A DNA stretch of 64,000 nt from Candidatus Parcubacteria bacterium (GTDB lineage: Bacteria > Patescibacteriota > Minisyncoccia > Phycocordibacterales > JAKFXT01). Positions 26,293 through 36,289 of this stretch are shown here, piece by piece. A program made the translations under genes and the position numbers. The notes under the pieces were generated by a model. It was not told the DNA's origin. It saw nothing but the letters and a program-made list of their open reading frames with translations, and ran no database searches. Positions within the stretch are counted from its first letter, which is position 1, and each line of letters starts with the position of its first letter. The stretch is taken from NCBI GenBank assembly GCA_021414235.1, contig JAIOOV010000004.1:190456-254455 (forward strand), given 5' to 3'.

Positions 26293-27000
26293 TTGCCCAT
26301 GAAGAAGGTGGCAATATTCGATATCGACGGGACCCTCTTTCGCTCCAGTCTCCTCATTGAGCTCGTGGACATATTGGTAGAGCGCGGCGCTTTCCCGCAG
26401 GATGCGCCGAAGGCGTACGCCAAGGACAAGGAGCGCTGGCAGAACCGCCAGGGCTCGTATGAGAATTACATAAACAAGACGGTGAAGGTGTTCATGGAGA
26501 ATATCAAAGGCGTCTCCTACGAAGATTTCAGCTCTGCTACGGAGATCGTCTCGAAGCGATACAAGCATCGCTTGTATCGCTACACCCGTGCCCTCTTGAA
26601 GCGCCTCAAGAAGCAGGGGTACTTCCTCCTCGCTATCTCTCAGTCCCCTAAGGGCGTACTCGATCCGTTCGGGAAGGCCTTAGGCTTCGACAAGATCTAC
26701 GGACGTCTCTACGAGCTCGGGCCATCAGAGCGCTTCACTGGCGTGATCACTGATCTGCATCTCATCAGTAACAAGGCCAATATCGTGAAGCGTGCGATAC
26801 AGAAGGAAGGACTTACCCTCGAGGGTTCCATAGGAGTAGGGGACACGGACGGCGACATCTCTTTCTTGGAGATGGTGGAAACACCTATTTGTTTCAATCC
26901 GAACAAGGGGTTGTATAAGCACGCGAGGCGGAATGGCTGGAAGGTGGTAGTGGAGCGGAAGGATGTCATCTATGAGATTCCTACAGGGAAGAAGGGATAA
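26293..27000 (+). CDS. HAD-superfamily hydrolase (HAD-IB/phosphoserine-phosphatase-like)
   Basis: KVAIFDIDGTLF (motif I DxDGT), SQSPKGVLDPFGKALGFDKIYG, GVGDTDGDISFL (motif IV). Confidence 0.65.
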   Translation: MPMKKVAIFDIDGTLFRSSLLIELVDILVERGAFPQDAPKAYAKDKERWQNRQGSYENYINKTVKVFMENIKGVSYEDFSSATEIVSKRYKHRLYRYTRALLKRLKKQGYFLLAISQSPKGVLDPFGKALGFDKIYGRLYELGPSERFTGVITDLHLISNKANIVKRAIQKEGLTLEGSIGVGDTDGDISFLEMVETPICFNPNKGLYKHARRNGWKVVVERKDVIYEIPTGKKG

Positions 27001-27039
27001 GAAGGTTTTGCTCTCTACTTAAATAAGTGGTATAATAGT

Positions 27040-27406
27040 GGGTAGCTCTTTGCTGAATGATCGCTCCGTCGCGCAAGCGTCGGGGAGGAAAGTCCGAACA
27101 CGGGCCTGCGCGCAAGCGCGGGCAGAAGGGTAGCAGGTAACGCCTGTCTGCTGCGAGGCACGAGATGCGAACAGTGACGCTCCTACCGAAAGGGAAGAGC
27201 ATCCTCTATCAGTAATGATTAGGGATGAACCTTTGTGGCAACACAGAGGGTGCAACGGCTAAATTCTTACTTCCGTGCAAGGCCGTGCCGCGCGCAAGCG
27301 CGGAGTGCCGCTTGAGCTTAAGGGTGACCTTAGGCCCAGATAAATGATCGTTCAATCCTTGTCGCAAGACAGGGAGGGACAGAACTCGGCTTATAGGCAA
27401 AGAGCG
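27040..27406 (+). ncRNA. rnpB: RNase P RNA (bacterial type A)
   Basis: Conserved CR-I gggaggaaagtccgaacac, agggtgcaacggc and CR-V acagaactcggcttat. The P1 helix pairs 5' gctctttgc with 3' gcaaagagc. Promoter TTGCTC-17-TATAAT at 27004-27034. Terminator immediately downstream. Confidence 0.8.
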
Positions 27407-27414
27407 CCAAATAT

Positions 27415-27446
27415 GAAAACGCCCCGCTTTACTGCGGGGCGTTTTC
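27415..27446 (+). terminator. Rho-independent terminator of rnpB
   Basis: aaaacgccccgc-tttact-gcggggcgttttc. Confidence 0.55.
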
Positions 27447-27517
27447 TGTGTGGCTATAGGGTTGGGGGATAGGAGGCGGTTCTGTATAATGAAAGCCATA
27501 TCAGTAACGTTCAATCC

Positions 27518-29896
27518 ATGACTACCCGCGTATCCGTAAACAGCGGCTCCCTCCTCCAGAACCTCGAGGCGACCGGTATCCTGGCTCTCATCGGCTTGGT
27601 CTTCCTCCTCCCTCTCTGGTTCCTGCCGACCTCCTTCTTCCCAGTTCTCTTCAGTAAGACCTTGCTTGCGGGGCTAGTGGCCTTCCTTCTTGCTGGGATC
27701 TTCGTCCTCGGGAGGCTCAAGGCGGGTTCGGTCCTCTTGCCGCGTTCAGTCATGGTGATCGCGGCCCTTCTTTTACCGGCTGCCTACGCCCTCTCTGCAC
27801 TTTTTTCGGACTCTCCGGCCGCTTCTTTTCTCGGGCAGATGATTGAGATTGATACGGTATTCTTCGTGGTCATCGCTTCACTCCTCCTCCTCTTAACCGG
27901 CTTCTTGGTGCGTACACAGCAGGCGGTCTTCAATATGGCGGCCGCGCTCCTCGGCGCCTTCCTTCTCCTGAGCGTGTATCAGCTCTTTCATCTTTTGATA
28001 AGTCCTTCCGTGCTCTCCTTCGGTATTTTCACTGGGATAAGCGCGACGCCGCTCGGTTCCTGGGTGGATATCGGCGCCTTTGCGGGCCTAGCTGCGCTTC
28101 TCGTGCTCATCACGCTCGAGCTTTTGCCGGTAGAGAAGACCACTCGCGTCATCCTCTATGTGGCCCTGGCGCTCGCCACAATATTTCTTGTCGTCGTTAA
28201 CACGGTCGCCGTCTGGTATGTGCTTGCTTCTTCCGCTACCCTGCTCGCACTCTACCGCCTCTCTCAGGCTCCCAAGGGCGTGGCCTATCATCCTCGCCAT
28301 ATTCCGTTCCGTCTTGCTGCAGCGGTGGTCATCTCGATATTCTTCATCTTCTTCGGTCCGGCGGTGAATGCTCGCATCTCCCAAACGCTCGGAGTCAGTG
28401 AGATTGAAGCTCGTCCTTCTTGGCAGGGAACCTATGCGATTGGCAAGGAGACCGTATCGAGCCAGACGCTCTTTGGTATTGGCCCGAACCAGTTTGACCG
28501 TGCGTGGAATCTTTATCGTCCGCAGGCGGTGAACGTCACTCCTTTCTGGGGTGTGGATTTTGCCATGGGCATCGGCGTGGTGCCGACGGCGCTCGTGACT
28601 ACGGGCCTCGTGGGTTTCCTCGCGTGGCTCTTCCTGCTCGGCTCCATCGTCTGGGAGGGGTATCGGGTGATGCGCGCACCGAGAGCTGACGCCTTCGTTC
28701 ACTACCTCACGGTCCTTACCTTGGGAGCGGCGCTCTACTTCGTTCAGCTCTTCGTCATGCACGTGCCGACACCAGGCATGTATCTCCTTGGCTTCATCTT
28801 CTTCGGGCTCTTCTTAGCGCATCTCCGCAACCGCGAAGCGATTACGGAGAAAGAGGTCCTCTTCAGCGGAAACCCAATACTCAGTTTCGGATTCATCTCC
28901 CTCTTCATTGTCCTCCTTGTCGGTTCCGTCGCGGGGCTCTACTTCCTCGCAGGGAAAGGCGCAGGCGTTGCTTTCTTCAATCGCGGGGCGACCGTGTACG
29001 CAGAGACGCAGGATATAGATAAGGCTGAAGCCTTGGTTGCCCGCGCGAATCGCGTGGACGAGAATGACTCTTATTATCGAGCTCTCTCGCAGCTCCGCCT
29101 CGTCCGCCTGGGGAACCTGCTGAACCAGTCTTCGACGCTTCCGCAGGAGCAGGTGCGCGCAGAGTTCCAGACGCTTCTCCGGGATGCGATCGCCTATGCT
29201 CAAGCTGCTGTAGCCTATGATCAGTATGAGTATCTTAATCACATCGCGCTCGCGCAGGCCTATGAGTCGGTGGTTCCGCTCAAGATCTCGAATGCGTATG
29301 AGAACGCTCTCTCGACCTACATCACCGCGCAGTCCTTTGCTCCCAAGAGTCCGGCTCTTCCGCTCGCTCTCGCTCGTTTGGAACTTCTAAATGACAAGCC
29401 TGAGCTCGCGGGTAAATACATCGAGGCTGCCTTCGCCTTGAAGCCCGATTACACTGAGGCCGCTTTCCTCAGCTCCCAGATCGCCGTAGCCCTGGGTGAC
29501 GTGAAGGGTGCTATCGCTTCTGCTGAGAAGACCGTGACGCTTGCTCCGAATGAGCCAGTGGCTTATTTCCAGCTTGGTCTCCTCTACTACAACGAGCGCC
29601 GCTATGCGGACGCCATCGCTGCCTTCGAACGCGCGGTGGGGCTCCAGGGAGCCTATGCGAACGCGCGCTACTTCCTCGGCCTCTCCTACGCTTCAGTGGG
29701 GAAGAGCCCGGACGCTATCCAGCAGTTCGAAGCCATCCAGGTGACCAATCCGGATAACAAGGAGGTGAAGGCGATCCTTGAGAACCTGCGTGCAGGACGT
29801 CCGCCTCTCGCTGGCGCCGCTACGGAAGAGAAGAATGTGCCCGAGAAGCGTCCGCAGCTTCCGGTCTCGGACAAGAAACAGGAACCGTCTTTCTAA
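27518..29896 (+). CDS. O-antigen-ligase-like (Wzy_C) polytopic membrane protein with C-terminal TPR repeats
   Basis: More than 10 TM helices with a Wzy_C-like loop, then ~330 aa of TPR-like repeats (…AYFQLGLLYYNERRYADAIAAFERAV…ARYFLGLSYASVGKSPDAIQQFE…). Confidence 0.6.
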   Translation: MTTRVSVNSGSLLQNLEATGILALIGLVFLLPLWFLPTSFFPVLFSKTLLAGLVAFLLAGIFVLGRLKAGSVLLPRSVMVIAALLLPAAYALSALFSDSPAASFLGQMIEIDTVFFVVIASLLLLLTGFLVRTQQAVFNMAAALLGAFLLLSVYQLFHLLISPSVLSFGIFTGISATPLGSWVDIGAFAGLAALLVLITLELLPVEKTTRVILYVALALATIFLVVVNTVAVWYVLASSATLLALYRLSQAPKGVAYHPRHIPFRLAAAVVISIFFIFFGPAVNARISQTLGVSEIEARPSWQGTYAIGKETVSSQTLFGIGPNQFDRAWNLYRPQAVNVTPFWGVDFAMGIGVVPTALVTTGLVGFLAWLFLLGSIVWEGYRVMRAPRADAFVHYLTVLTLGAALYFVQLFVMHVPTPGMYLLGFIFFGLFLAHLRNREAITEKEVLFSGNPILSFGFISLFIVLLVGSVAGLYFLAGKGAGVAFFNRGATVYAETQDIDKAEALVARANRVDENDSYYRALSQLRLVRLGNLLNQSSTLPQEQVRAEFQTLLRDAIAYAQAAVAYDQYEYLNHIALAQAYESVVPLKISNAYENALSTYITAQSFAPKSPALPLALARLELLNDKPELAGKYIEAAFALKPDYTEAAFLSSQIAVALGDVKGAIASAEKTVTLAPNEPVAYFQLGLLYYNERRYADAIAAFERAVGLQGAYANARYFLGLSYASVGKSPDAIQQFEAIQVTNPDNKEVKAILENLRAGRPPLAGAATEEKNVPEKRPQLPVSDKKQEPSF

Positions 29897-29902
29897 GGGG
29901 CT

Positions 29903-31582
29903 ATGGTGCGCCAACTCTTTTCTTGGCTCGAACGCGATGTCATCGGCGTTCATGCAGCGGCGTACCTCCTCGGCTTCTCCGCGCTCCTCTCCCAGATCCT
30001 AGGGCTCTTGAGGGATAGGCTGCTTGCTGCGAGTTTCGGAGCTTCCGCTCCGCTCGATATCTATTACGCGGCGTTCCGCGTGCAAGACTTCGTCTTTCTC
30101 TCCATTGCCTCGCTCGTCTCCCTCTCGGTGCTCATCCCATTCCTCTCGGAGAGGGAAGCGAAGGGGAAGGAGGAGATGAAGAGCTTCCTCGATTCCATCT
30201 TCACCGTCTTCTTCGCGGCGATCAGCATCGCGAGCGCGGCTGCATATCTCGCGATGCCTGCTCTCGTACCAATCCTCTTTCCGGGATTTGCAGGCGGAGA
30301 GTATGGGCAGGCGATTGTGGAGCTCTCTCGTATACTCCTCCTCTCGCCGGTATTCCTCGGTGTCTCCAACTTGCTTGCGAGCGTGCTCCAGCTCCGGAGG
30401 AAATACTTCATCTACGCTCTCTCTCCTCTCCTCTACAACGCAGGAATCATCGCGGGCATCCTAGCCTTCTATCCGCGCTGGGGCTTAAACGGCTTGGGGT
30501 ATGGCGTGCTTCTCGGTGCCTCTCTCCATCTTGCGATACAGCTCCCGGCAATCATCCGTCTCGGCTTCCTGCCGCGGCCGCGGATTCCAGAGAGCATGGC
30601 ACTGATTGGGAAGGTGGTGACGCTCTCTCTGCCGCGCACGCTCGCTCTCTCTGCCAATCATCTGGCTTTGGTTGCGCTCACCGCGATTGCCACCCTGATG
30701 CATGCGGGCTCCATTGCCATCCTCGCGTTCTCTCTCAATCTGCAGTCAGTCGCTGTCTCTATCATCGGGGCGAGCTACTCCATGGCTGCTTTTCCAGTAC
30801 TCGCGGCTTCCATAAGCCAAGGGGACCGGGCGGAGTTCCTGAAGCATCTCTATGCGGCAGCGCGACACATCATCTTCTGGTCCTTCCCGGCGGCCATCCT
30901 TTTCATCGTGCTGCGGGCGCATGTGGTGCGCGTAGTGCTCGGCGCAGGTTCCTTCGACTGGAATGACACTCGCCTCACTGCCGCCTGTCTCGCTATCCTT
31001 GCGTTTGCCATCGTGCCGCAGAACCTCACTCTCCTTTTTATGCGTGCGTACTATGCGCTCGGTAATACGCGCATCCCGCTTCTTGCGGGGTTACTCTCGG
31101 CAGCGACGACGATTGCTGCCTCCTTCAGCCTCGTGCCGCTCTTTGAGAGCGCACCCGAGCTGCGCTTCTTCTTCGAATCGCTGCTGCGCGTGGAGGATCT
31201 CTCTGGTACGGTGGTGCTCGCGCTTCCTCTCGCGCTCCTCATCGGCTCCCTGGTGGGCTTCATCACCCTCATCCTCTCGGCGCCTCGGCATTTCCCGGGG
31301 CTCTCCCGCGCTCTTGGAGCGACCGCGCTCCATAGCTTCTCCGCGGCGGTGGTCATGGGCTTTGTGACCTACAATCTCCTGGGCGAGCTCGGCGCGTTCT
31401 TCGGCCTTGAGACGGTCCTAGCACTCTTCCTCCAGGCTGCTGCTGCAGGCATCGTGGGTATCGCAGCAGGAGCGCTCCTGCTTCTCTTGTTCCGGAACGA
31501 GGAAGCGGAGGAGATACGGAAGTCCATACGCCGCAGGTTCTGGAAGGACGGGGTCGTGGCTTCTCCAGAGCAATTGTATTAA
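29903..31582 (+). CDS. murJ: Lipid II flippase MurJ (MviN family)
   Basis: AAYLLGFSALLSQILGLLRDRLLAASFGASAPLDIYYAAFRVQDF is the MurJ N-terminal signature. 14 TM helices. Confidence 0.75.
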   Translation: MVRQLFSWLERDVIGVHAAAYLLGFSALLSQILGLLRDRLLAASFGASAPLDIYYAAFRVQDFVFLSIASLVSLSVLIPFLSEREAKGKEEMKSFLDSIFTVFFAAISIASAAAYLAMPALVPILFPGFAGGEYGQAIVELSRILLLSPVFLGVSNLLASVLQLRRKYFIYALSPLLYNAGIIAGILAFYPRWGLNGLGYGVLLGASLHLAIQLPAIIRLGFLPRPRIPESMALIGKVVTLSLPRTLALSANHLALVALTAIATLMHAGSIAILAFSLNLQSVAVSIIGASYSMAAFPVLAASISQGDRAEFLKHLYAAARHIIFWSFPAAILFIVLRAHVVRVVLGAGSFDWNDTRLTAACLAILAFAIVPQNLTLLFMRAYYALGNTRIPLLAGLLSAATTIAASFSLVPLFESAPELRFFFESLLRVEDLSGTVVLALPLALLIGSLVGFITLILSAPRHFPGLSRALGATALHSFSAAVVMGFVTYNLLGELGAFFGLETVLALFLQAAAAGIVGIAAGALLLLLFRNEEAEEIRKSIRRRFWKDGVVASPEQLY

Positions 31583-31592
31583 TATCCTTCGA

Positions 31593-33386
31593 ATGCAGAA
31601 GAACGTACGAAATTTCTCCATAATCGCGCATATCGACCACGGCAAGTCCACGCTTGCGGATAGGATGCTGGAGTTCACCGGCACCATTGAGAAGCGCAAG
31701 ATGCGCGAGCAGGTGCTCGACTCCATGGAGCTGGAGCGCGAGCGCGGCATCACCATTAAGATGCAGCCGGTGCGCATGGCGTATTCGCTCGAAGGCGTGC
31801 CCTATGAGCTGAACCTCATCGACACTCCGGGGCACATCGATTTCTCCTACGAAGTATCTCGTGCGCTCACTGCGGTGGAAGGCTCGCTCCTCCTAGTGGA
31901 CGCCACTCAGGGCGTGCAGGCGCAGACTCTGACCACCCTTGGCATGGCCCGGGAGCAGGGCCTCGTTCTCATTCCGGTCTTGAGCAAGATCGATTCGCCG
32001 CTTGCGCGTATCACTGAAGTGAAGGAAGAGATCGTACAGCTTCTCGGTTGTGCCATAGAAGACATCGTAGAGACTTCCGGCAAGACAGGTGAGGGGATAG
32101 AGAAGCTCCTCTCTGAGATCATCCGTCGCGTGCCGCCGCCTACGGTCGTGGAGAGCAAGGAGCAGAAAGCGCTTGTCTTCGACTTTCAATATTCAAATCA
32201 TCAGGGCATCATCCTCTATACGCGCGTGTACGAGGGTTCCATCAAGAAAGGGGATGCTCTCGAGCTCAAGGTGGCCAAAGAGCGCTTCTTGGCGCTCGAG
32301 GTGGGTACGTTCATGCCTGAGCCGAAAGCCTTGGCTTCGCTGAACGCCGGAGAGATCGGCTATATCGTGACCGGTATCAAGCGCCCGGGCATCGCCTCTG
32401 TGGGAGACACGGTGGTACGCGAACGTAGCGCTGTTCCGGCGCTCGAAGGGTACATGAATCCTCGTCCGGTCGTCTGGGCTTCAGTGTACCCGGAAGGACA
32501 GGATGACTTCACTGCGCTCCGCCAGGCGCTCGACCGCTTGCGTCTCTCGGACGCCTCGCTTTCTTTTGAAGAAGAACATTCCGGCTCCCTCGGTCGCGGT
32601 TTTCGCTGCGGCTTCCTTGGCATGCTCCACTTGGAGATAATCACGGAGCGCCTGCGCCGCGAGTTCGATCTCGATCTCATCATCACCACTCCGAGCATCA
32701 CCTACGAAGTGGAGGTGAAGAACGGCAAGCGCGAGAAGGTCTACACTCCCTCGCTTTTCCCGGACCACGGCAATCTGAACGCGGTCTTCGAGCCGTGGAT
32801 CGTGGCGCACCTCATCACTCCTACCGAATACCTCGGCAACATCATGCAGCTGCTCTTCCCGCATGAAGCCATCGTCCAGGAGACCATCACCTTCGGCGAC
32901 AACCGCACGGAGCTCATCGTGGAGATGCCGCTCCGCGAGCTCATGCGCAACTTCTTTGATGAGCTGAAGAGTGCTTCCTCGGGCTTTGCTTCGCTTTCGT
33001 ATGAGATAGGGGAGCTGCGGCCGGCGAGCGTGACTCGCCTCGATATCCTGGTGGCGGAGGAGATAGTGCCGGCGTTCTCGCGCGTGGTGGCCACCTCGCG
33101 AGCTCAGGAAGAGGCGGAAGCAGCGGTGGAGAAGCTTCACAAGATCTTGCCGCGTCAGATGTTCGTGACCAAGATCCAGGGGCAGGCTCTGGGACGCATC
33201 ATGTCCTCCCGTACGCTCTCGGCCATGCAGAAGGATGTGACTCAGCACATGTACGGCGGCGATATCACCCGTAAGATGAAGCTCCGCGAGAAGCAGAAGA
33301 AGGGTAAGAAGAAGATGCGCGCGTTAGGCTCCGTGAACATCCCGCAGGAGGTGTTCTTGAAGATGCTCCGTTCGGAGGATAAATAA
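31593..33386 (+). CDS. lepA: Elongation factor 4 (LepA)
   Basis: IRNFSIIAHIDHGKSTLADR (G1), DTPGHIDF (G3), SKID (G4), plus the LepA-specific C-terminal domain. Confidence 0.9.
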   Translation: MQKNVRNFSIIAHIDHGKSTLADRMLEFTGTIEKRKMREQVLDSMELERERGITIKMQPVRMAYSLEGVPYELNLIDTPGHIDFSYEVSRALTAVEGSLLLVDATQGVQAQTLTTLGMAREQGLVLIPVLSKIDSPLARITEVKEEIVQLLGCAIEDIVETSGKTGEGIEKLLSEIIRRVPPPTVVESKEQKALVFDFQYSNHQGIILYTRVYEGSIKKGDALELKVAKERFLALEVGTFMPEPKALASLNAGEIGYIVTGIKRPGIASVGDTVVRERSAVPALEGYMNPRPVVWASVYPEGQDDFTALRQALDRLRLSDASLSFEEEHSGSLGRGFRCGFLGMLHLEIITERLRREFDLDLIITTPSITYEVEVKNGKREKVYTPSLFPDHGNLNAVFEPWIVAHLITPTEYLGNIMQLLFPHEAIVQETITFGDNRTELIVEMPLRELMRNFFDELKSASSGFASLSYEIGELRPASVTRLDILVAEEIVPAFSRVVATSRAQEEAEAAVEKLHKILPRQMFVTKIQGQALGRIMSSRTLSAMQKDVTQHMYGGDITRKMKLREKQKKGKKKMRALGSVNIPQEVFLKMLRSEDK

Positions 33387-33480
33387 ACTTCTAGCCCAGG
33401 ATCATCGGGAGATAGGCGAGGAGGAGGCCCAGGATGACCAGGATGGAGATGATAGCCCAGATTAACTCGATGCGGCGCTT

Positions 33481-33924
33481 GTGCTTGGGGTTGAAAAGCA
33501 TGGGTTTTTGAGGAGAGTGTATAATAGCACGGTGCAGAACCGTCGAGAACAGCAGCTCCCGAAAGCGTGGCGAGTACTCGCCTCCCCGTTCTTCCTGCTG
33601 TTTTTGATAGTGTTCGTAGGGCTCGCAGGGAAAGGTTCTTGGAACATGTATCTCAAGAGCCAAGAGGCCCAGGCTGGGAGGGTGGATGTGGAACATCGGC
33701 TCGGGAGACTCGAGTCTCGGGCAGCCTTCCTTGAAGGAGAGGTGAACCGGCTTCATACGGAAGCCGGGCTCGAGCTTGCTATCCGGGAGGCTTTTAATGT
33801 AAGCAAGGAAGGGGAGAAGGTATACGTAATCGTGGATCATTTCTCCACCACCTCGCTTCCCGACGAGACGGTCACTGAGTCGGTCCTCCGCTGGTTTCGA
33901 GATCTTTTTAAGAAAGGAGAATAA
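33481..33924 (+). CDS. Septum-formation initiator family protein (FtsB/DivIC-like); start uncertain
   Basis: TM helix (VLASPFFLLFLIVFVGLAG), coiled coil (LESRAAFLEGEVNRLHTE), then GLELAIREAFNVSKEGEKVYVIVD, which is typical of the DivIC/FtsB C-terminus. The ORF-track start is GTG. A TGTATAAT box lies inside the 5' extension, so the true start may be downstream. Confidence 0.45.
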   Translation: MLGVEKHGFLRRVYNSTVQNRREQQLPKAWRVLASPFFLLFLIVFVGLAGKGSWNMYLKSQEAQAGRVDVEHRLGRLESRAAFLEGEVNRLHTEAGLELAIREAFNVSKEGEKVYVIVDHFSTTSLPDETVTESVLRWFRDLFKKGE

Positions 33925-33925
33925 C

Positions 33926-33996
33926 GCGGATATAGTTTAGTGGCAGAACTGGTGCTTCCCAAGCATCGGGCGGGGGTTCGATTCCCCCTATCCGCA
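33926..33996 (+). tRNA. tRNA-Gly (anticodon CCC)
   Basis: Hand-folded cloverleaf: acceptor gcggata/tatccgc, anticodon stem ggtgc/gcatc with loop ttCCCaa, T-arm ggggg-ttcgatt-ccccc. Confidence 0.8.
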
Positions 33997-34007
33997 CCGA
34001 TAGTTTC

Positions 34008-34799
34008 TCAGTGCTCCGACGGAGTAACCTGTCCTCGGGCTCCGTCTATGGGAATACTTACTCCATTCACGCCCGGACTCATCTTGAGTAAAAGACTTAC
34101 CGCCTTTGCCACTTCGCTTCCTCCGAGCCACGGACGCAGGGCGCCCTGAGGTACGTTTAGATCCCGAGCTACCCCTTCCACTGTAGTGAGTGGTGCGCTT
34201 GGCGGGGGTTCTATGGGCCCATTGAGCAGGCTGTAGAAGAAGAAACCTTCCTTACCGAATTCTTGGGCACGGTGCTTGCTTAGGAAGGGGACGAACGCTT
34301 TGGACATGAGGTAGGCGTCTTTGTCGCTCGTATACGCGTCGCCGCTCCCGTGGATACAGGCATCACCGATGAAGACGAAGGTTCCGCCCTTCTTCTCTTG
34401 TCGCATGCGGTACAGGGCAGCTTTCGTGACAAGGAGGGGAGCCAGTGCGTTAGCGCCCATGTTCTCATTGAAAGCGACTTCTTCGGCTTTCAGGATCCCT
34501 GAAAGAGAATCTTTTTGCGGCTTTGAGACCCTAAACGTAGCCGCGTTATGCACCACTACGTCAGGCGAGATATTTTTAAATATCTTCTCGACGATCTTTT
34601 TGTCGGAGAGGTTGCCGCTCACGAGTATCACTTCCGCTCCCTTGCTTTCCGCTTTCTTCTTCGTCTCCTCGGCCTCTTTCTTGCTTGAGTTAAAATGAAG
34701 GTAGATATTGTATCCCTCCCGGGCAAGAGAGAGGACGATCTCGGCGCCTATGCGCTTGGCTCCGCCGGTGACGAGGGCCCATTTTCGGTCTTTTGCCAT
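34008..34799 (-). CDS. Short-chain dehydrogenase/reductase (SDR family)
   Basis: WALVTGGAKRIGAEIVLSLAREGYNIYLHF (TGxxxGxG Rossmann motif). The catalytic Y…K lies in the central region. Confidence 0.75.
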   Translation of the reverse strand: MAKDRKWALVTGGAKRIGAEIVLSLAREGYNIYLHFNSSKKEAEETKKKAESKGAEVILVSGNLSDKKIVEKIFKNISPDVVVHNAATFRVSKPQKDSLSGILKAEEVAFNENMGANALAPLLVTKAALYRMRQEKKGGTFVFIGDACIHGSGDAYTSDKDAYLMSKAFVPFLSKHRAQEFGKEGFFFYSLLNGPIEPPPSAPLTTVEGVARDLNVPQGALRPWLGGSEVAKAVSLLLKMSPGVNGVSIPIDGARGQVTPSEH

Positions 34800-34866
34800 T
34801 GTTCCCAGAGGATACCACCCGTCCAGCGAGCGTGCTACAATATCCTTCCTTAACGAACCGAACTAT

Positions 34867-35100
34867 ATGAAAAAAGTGACCATATATAGCACGCCTACCT
34901 GCACCTACTGCAGCATGGCCAAGGAATTCTTCAAGAATCACAACATTCCGTATACGGAATATAACGTGAAGGATGACCTGGTGAAGCGCAAAGAGATGAT
35001 CGACCGGAGTCAGCAGATGGGGGTCCCGGTCATCGATATCGATGGCAAGATTACGGTAGGTTTTGATGAAGCGGAGCTCTCGGCAGCCTTGGGACTCTAA
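34867..35100 (+). CDS. Glutaredoxin-like protein (NrdH/YruB-type)
   Basis: KKVTIYSTPTCTYCSMAKEFFKNHNIPYTEYNV has a CxxC active site in a thioredoxin fold. 77 aa. Confidence 0.7.
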   Translation: MKKVTIYSTPTCTYCSMAKEFFKNHNIPYTEYNVKDDLVKRKEMIDRSQQMGVPVIDIDGKITVGFDEAELSAALGL

Positions 35101-35102
35101 TC

Positions 35103-35133
35103 AAAAAGCCGCCCCCAAGGGGGCGGCTTTTTG
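35103..35133 (+). terminator. Rho-independent terminator
   Basis: aaaaagccgccccc-aa-gggggcggcttttt. Confidence 0.6.
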
Positions 35134-35163
35134 ATTTATTCCGCTGTGGTATAGTCCTCACAC

Positions 35164-35238
35164 GCCCTCGTAGTTCAACGGATAGAACGTCTCCGTCCTA
35201 AGGAGTAGATGTAGGTTCAATTCCTGCCGAGGGCACCA
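35164..35238 (+). tRNA. tRNA-Arg (anticodon CCU), CCA encoded
   Basis: Acceptor gccctcg/cgagggc. Anticodon loop gtCCTaa (U·U mismatch at 27-43). T-arm gtagg-ttcaatt-cctgc. 3' acca. Confidence 0.75.
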
Positions 35239-35293
35239 GTAACCTCCTCGCTGTTAGGTAAGTTAAGATGCTAAGAGCCTAACCTTTTTCACT

Positions 35294-35836
35294 ATGCCTC
35301 TGTCAAAAGTAGTTCGCGCACTACTCATATCCACTGCTCTATTGATCGTACCTTACGTTGCTTCCTTGTTCGTCGACGGGTGGCTATGGACTGGCTTTGA
35401 TTACGTCTTTGCCTGGGTGATGTTCTCGTTTCTCAGCCTCGGGCTTACTTCCGTCGCAAATAGCACTAAGGATGTCTCGTATAAGGTTGCGACCGGTCTT
35501 TCGGTGATAGGGTTGTTTCTGCTCGTCTGGATAAACGGCGCGGTCCAGATCATCGGAGATGTGGGTGACTTCGACAGCCCTAACGGGTTGTACCTCGGGG
35601 TACTTGCGGTATGGTTCATCGGCGCCCTCCTATCTCGCTTTAAGTCGCTTGGAATGTCCTACACCCTCTTTGCGATGGCGCTCGTTCAATTCTGTGTACC
35701 CCTGATCGCATATCTCTTCTGGCCTCCTTCAGTGTATGCATGGATGCCGAGCGTACTCGGGATCTTCATCCTGAATTCAATATGGGTGATGCTGTTCACG
35801 GTATCGGGTTTCTTGTTTCGACAGAGCGCGGAATAG
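35294..35836 (+). CDS. Hypothetical polytopic membrane protein (5-6 TM)
   Basis: Highly hydrophobic 180-aa ORF with no recognisable family. Confidence 0.4.
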   Translation: MPLSKVVRALLISTALLIVPYVASLFVDGWLWTGFDYVFAWVMFSFLSLGLTSVANSTKDVSYKVATGLSVIGLFLLVWINGAVQIIGDVGDFDSPNGLYLGVLAVWFIGALLSRFKSLGMSYTLFAMALVQFCVPLIAYLFWPPSVYAWMPSVLGIFILNSIWVMLFTVSGFLFRQSAE

Positions 35837-35873
35837 TTTGCGTCGGGTACAGAGAGAGGGGATAATAGCGGAA

Positions 35874-36176
35874 ATGGATAATACGCCTGACCGGGAGATA
35901 CTCGAGAGATTGTTAAAGCTTGAGCAGGAGAACTATCGGATACTGAAAGCGCTTCGTAGCAGCCAGCGCTGGGGCGTGTTCTGGGGGTTCATTAAATTCT
36001 TGCTCCTCATCATTCCGCTCATTATCGCCTACTTCTATCTCCAGCCGTATCTGCAGATGATCTGGGCCACCTACGAGCAAGCTCAGGGCCAACTGACCAA
36101 TCTGCAGCAGTTGGGGGCCAAAATACCGGACATGGGGGAGCTCTTAAAGCAGTTCCAGCAGGCTCGCCCACAGTAG
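35874..36176 (+). CDS. Hypothetical single-TM protein with Gln-rich C-terminus
   Basis: Start placed at the internal ATG (MDNTPDREILERL…). TM helix is FLLLIIPLIIAYFYL. SD-like gagagggg is upstream. Confidence 0.35.
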   Translation: MDNTPDREILERLLKLEQENYRILKALRSSQRWGVFWGFIKFLLLIIPLIIAYFYLQPYLQMIWATYEQAQGQLTNLQQLGAKIPDMGELLKQFQQARPQ

Positions 36177-36207
36177 TCGGATATGTTATAAATCGGGGGT
36201 CTCGAAT

Positions 36208-36281
36208 GCCGAGGTAGCTCAGTTGGTTAGAGCATTTGTCTGAAGAACAAAGGGTCGGCGGTTCGAATCCGCCCCTCGGCA
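36208..36281 (+). tRNA. tRNA-Phe (anticodon GAA)
   Basis: gccgaggtagctcagttggttagagc… with anticodon loop ctGAAga and T-arm ggcgg-ttcgaat-ccgcc. A -10 TATAAA lies upstream. Confidence 0.85.
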
Positions 36282-36289
36282 CATAGTGT

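Noticed and set aside
33391-33840. 149-aa minus-strand ORF overlapping the FtsB-like gene
   Set aside because: Only its last 36 codons (a small hydrophobic peptide at 33391-33501) look protein-like. The rest is antisense to a coiled-coil gene with recognisable DivIC/FtsB features. The tail could be a tiny membrane peptide, but evidence is insufficient.
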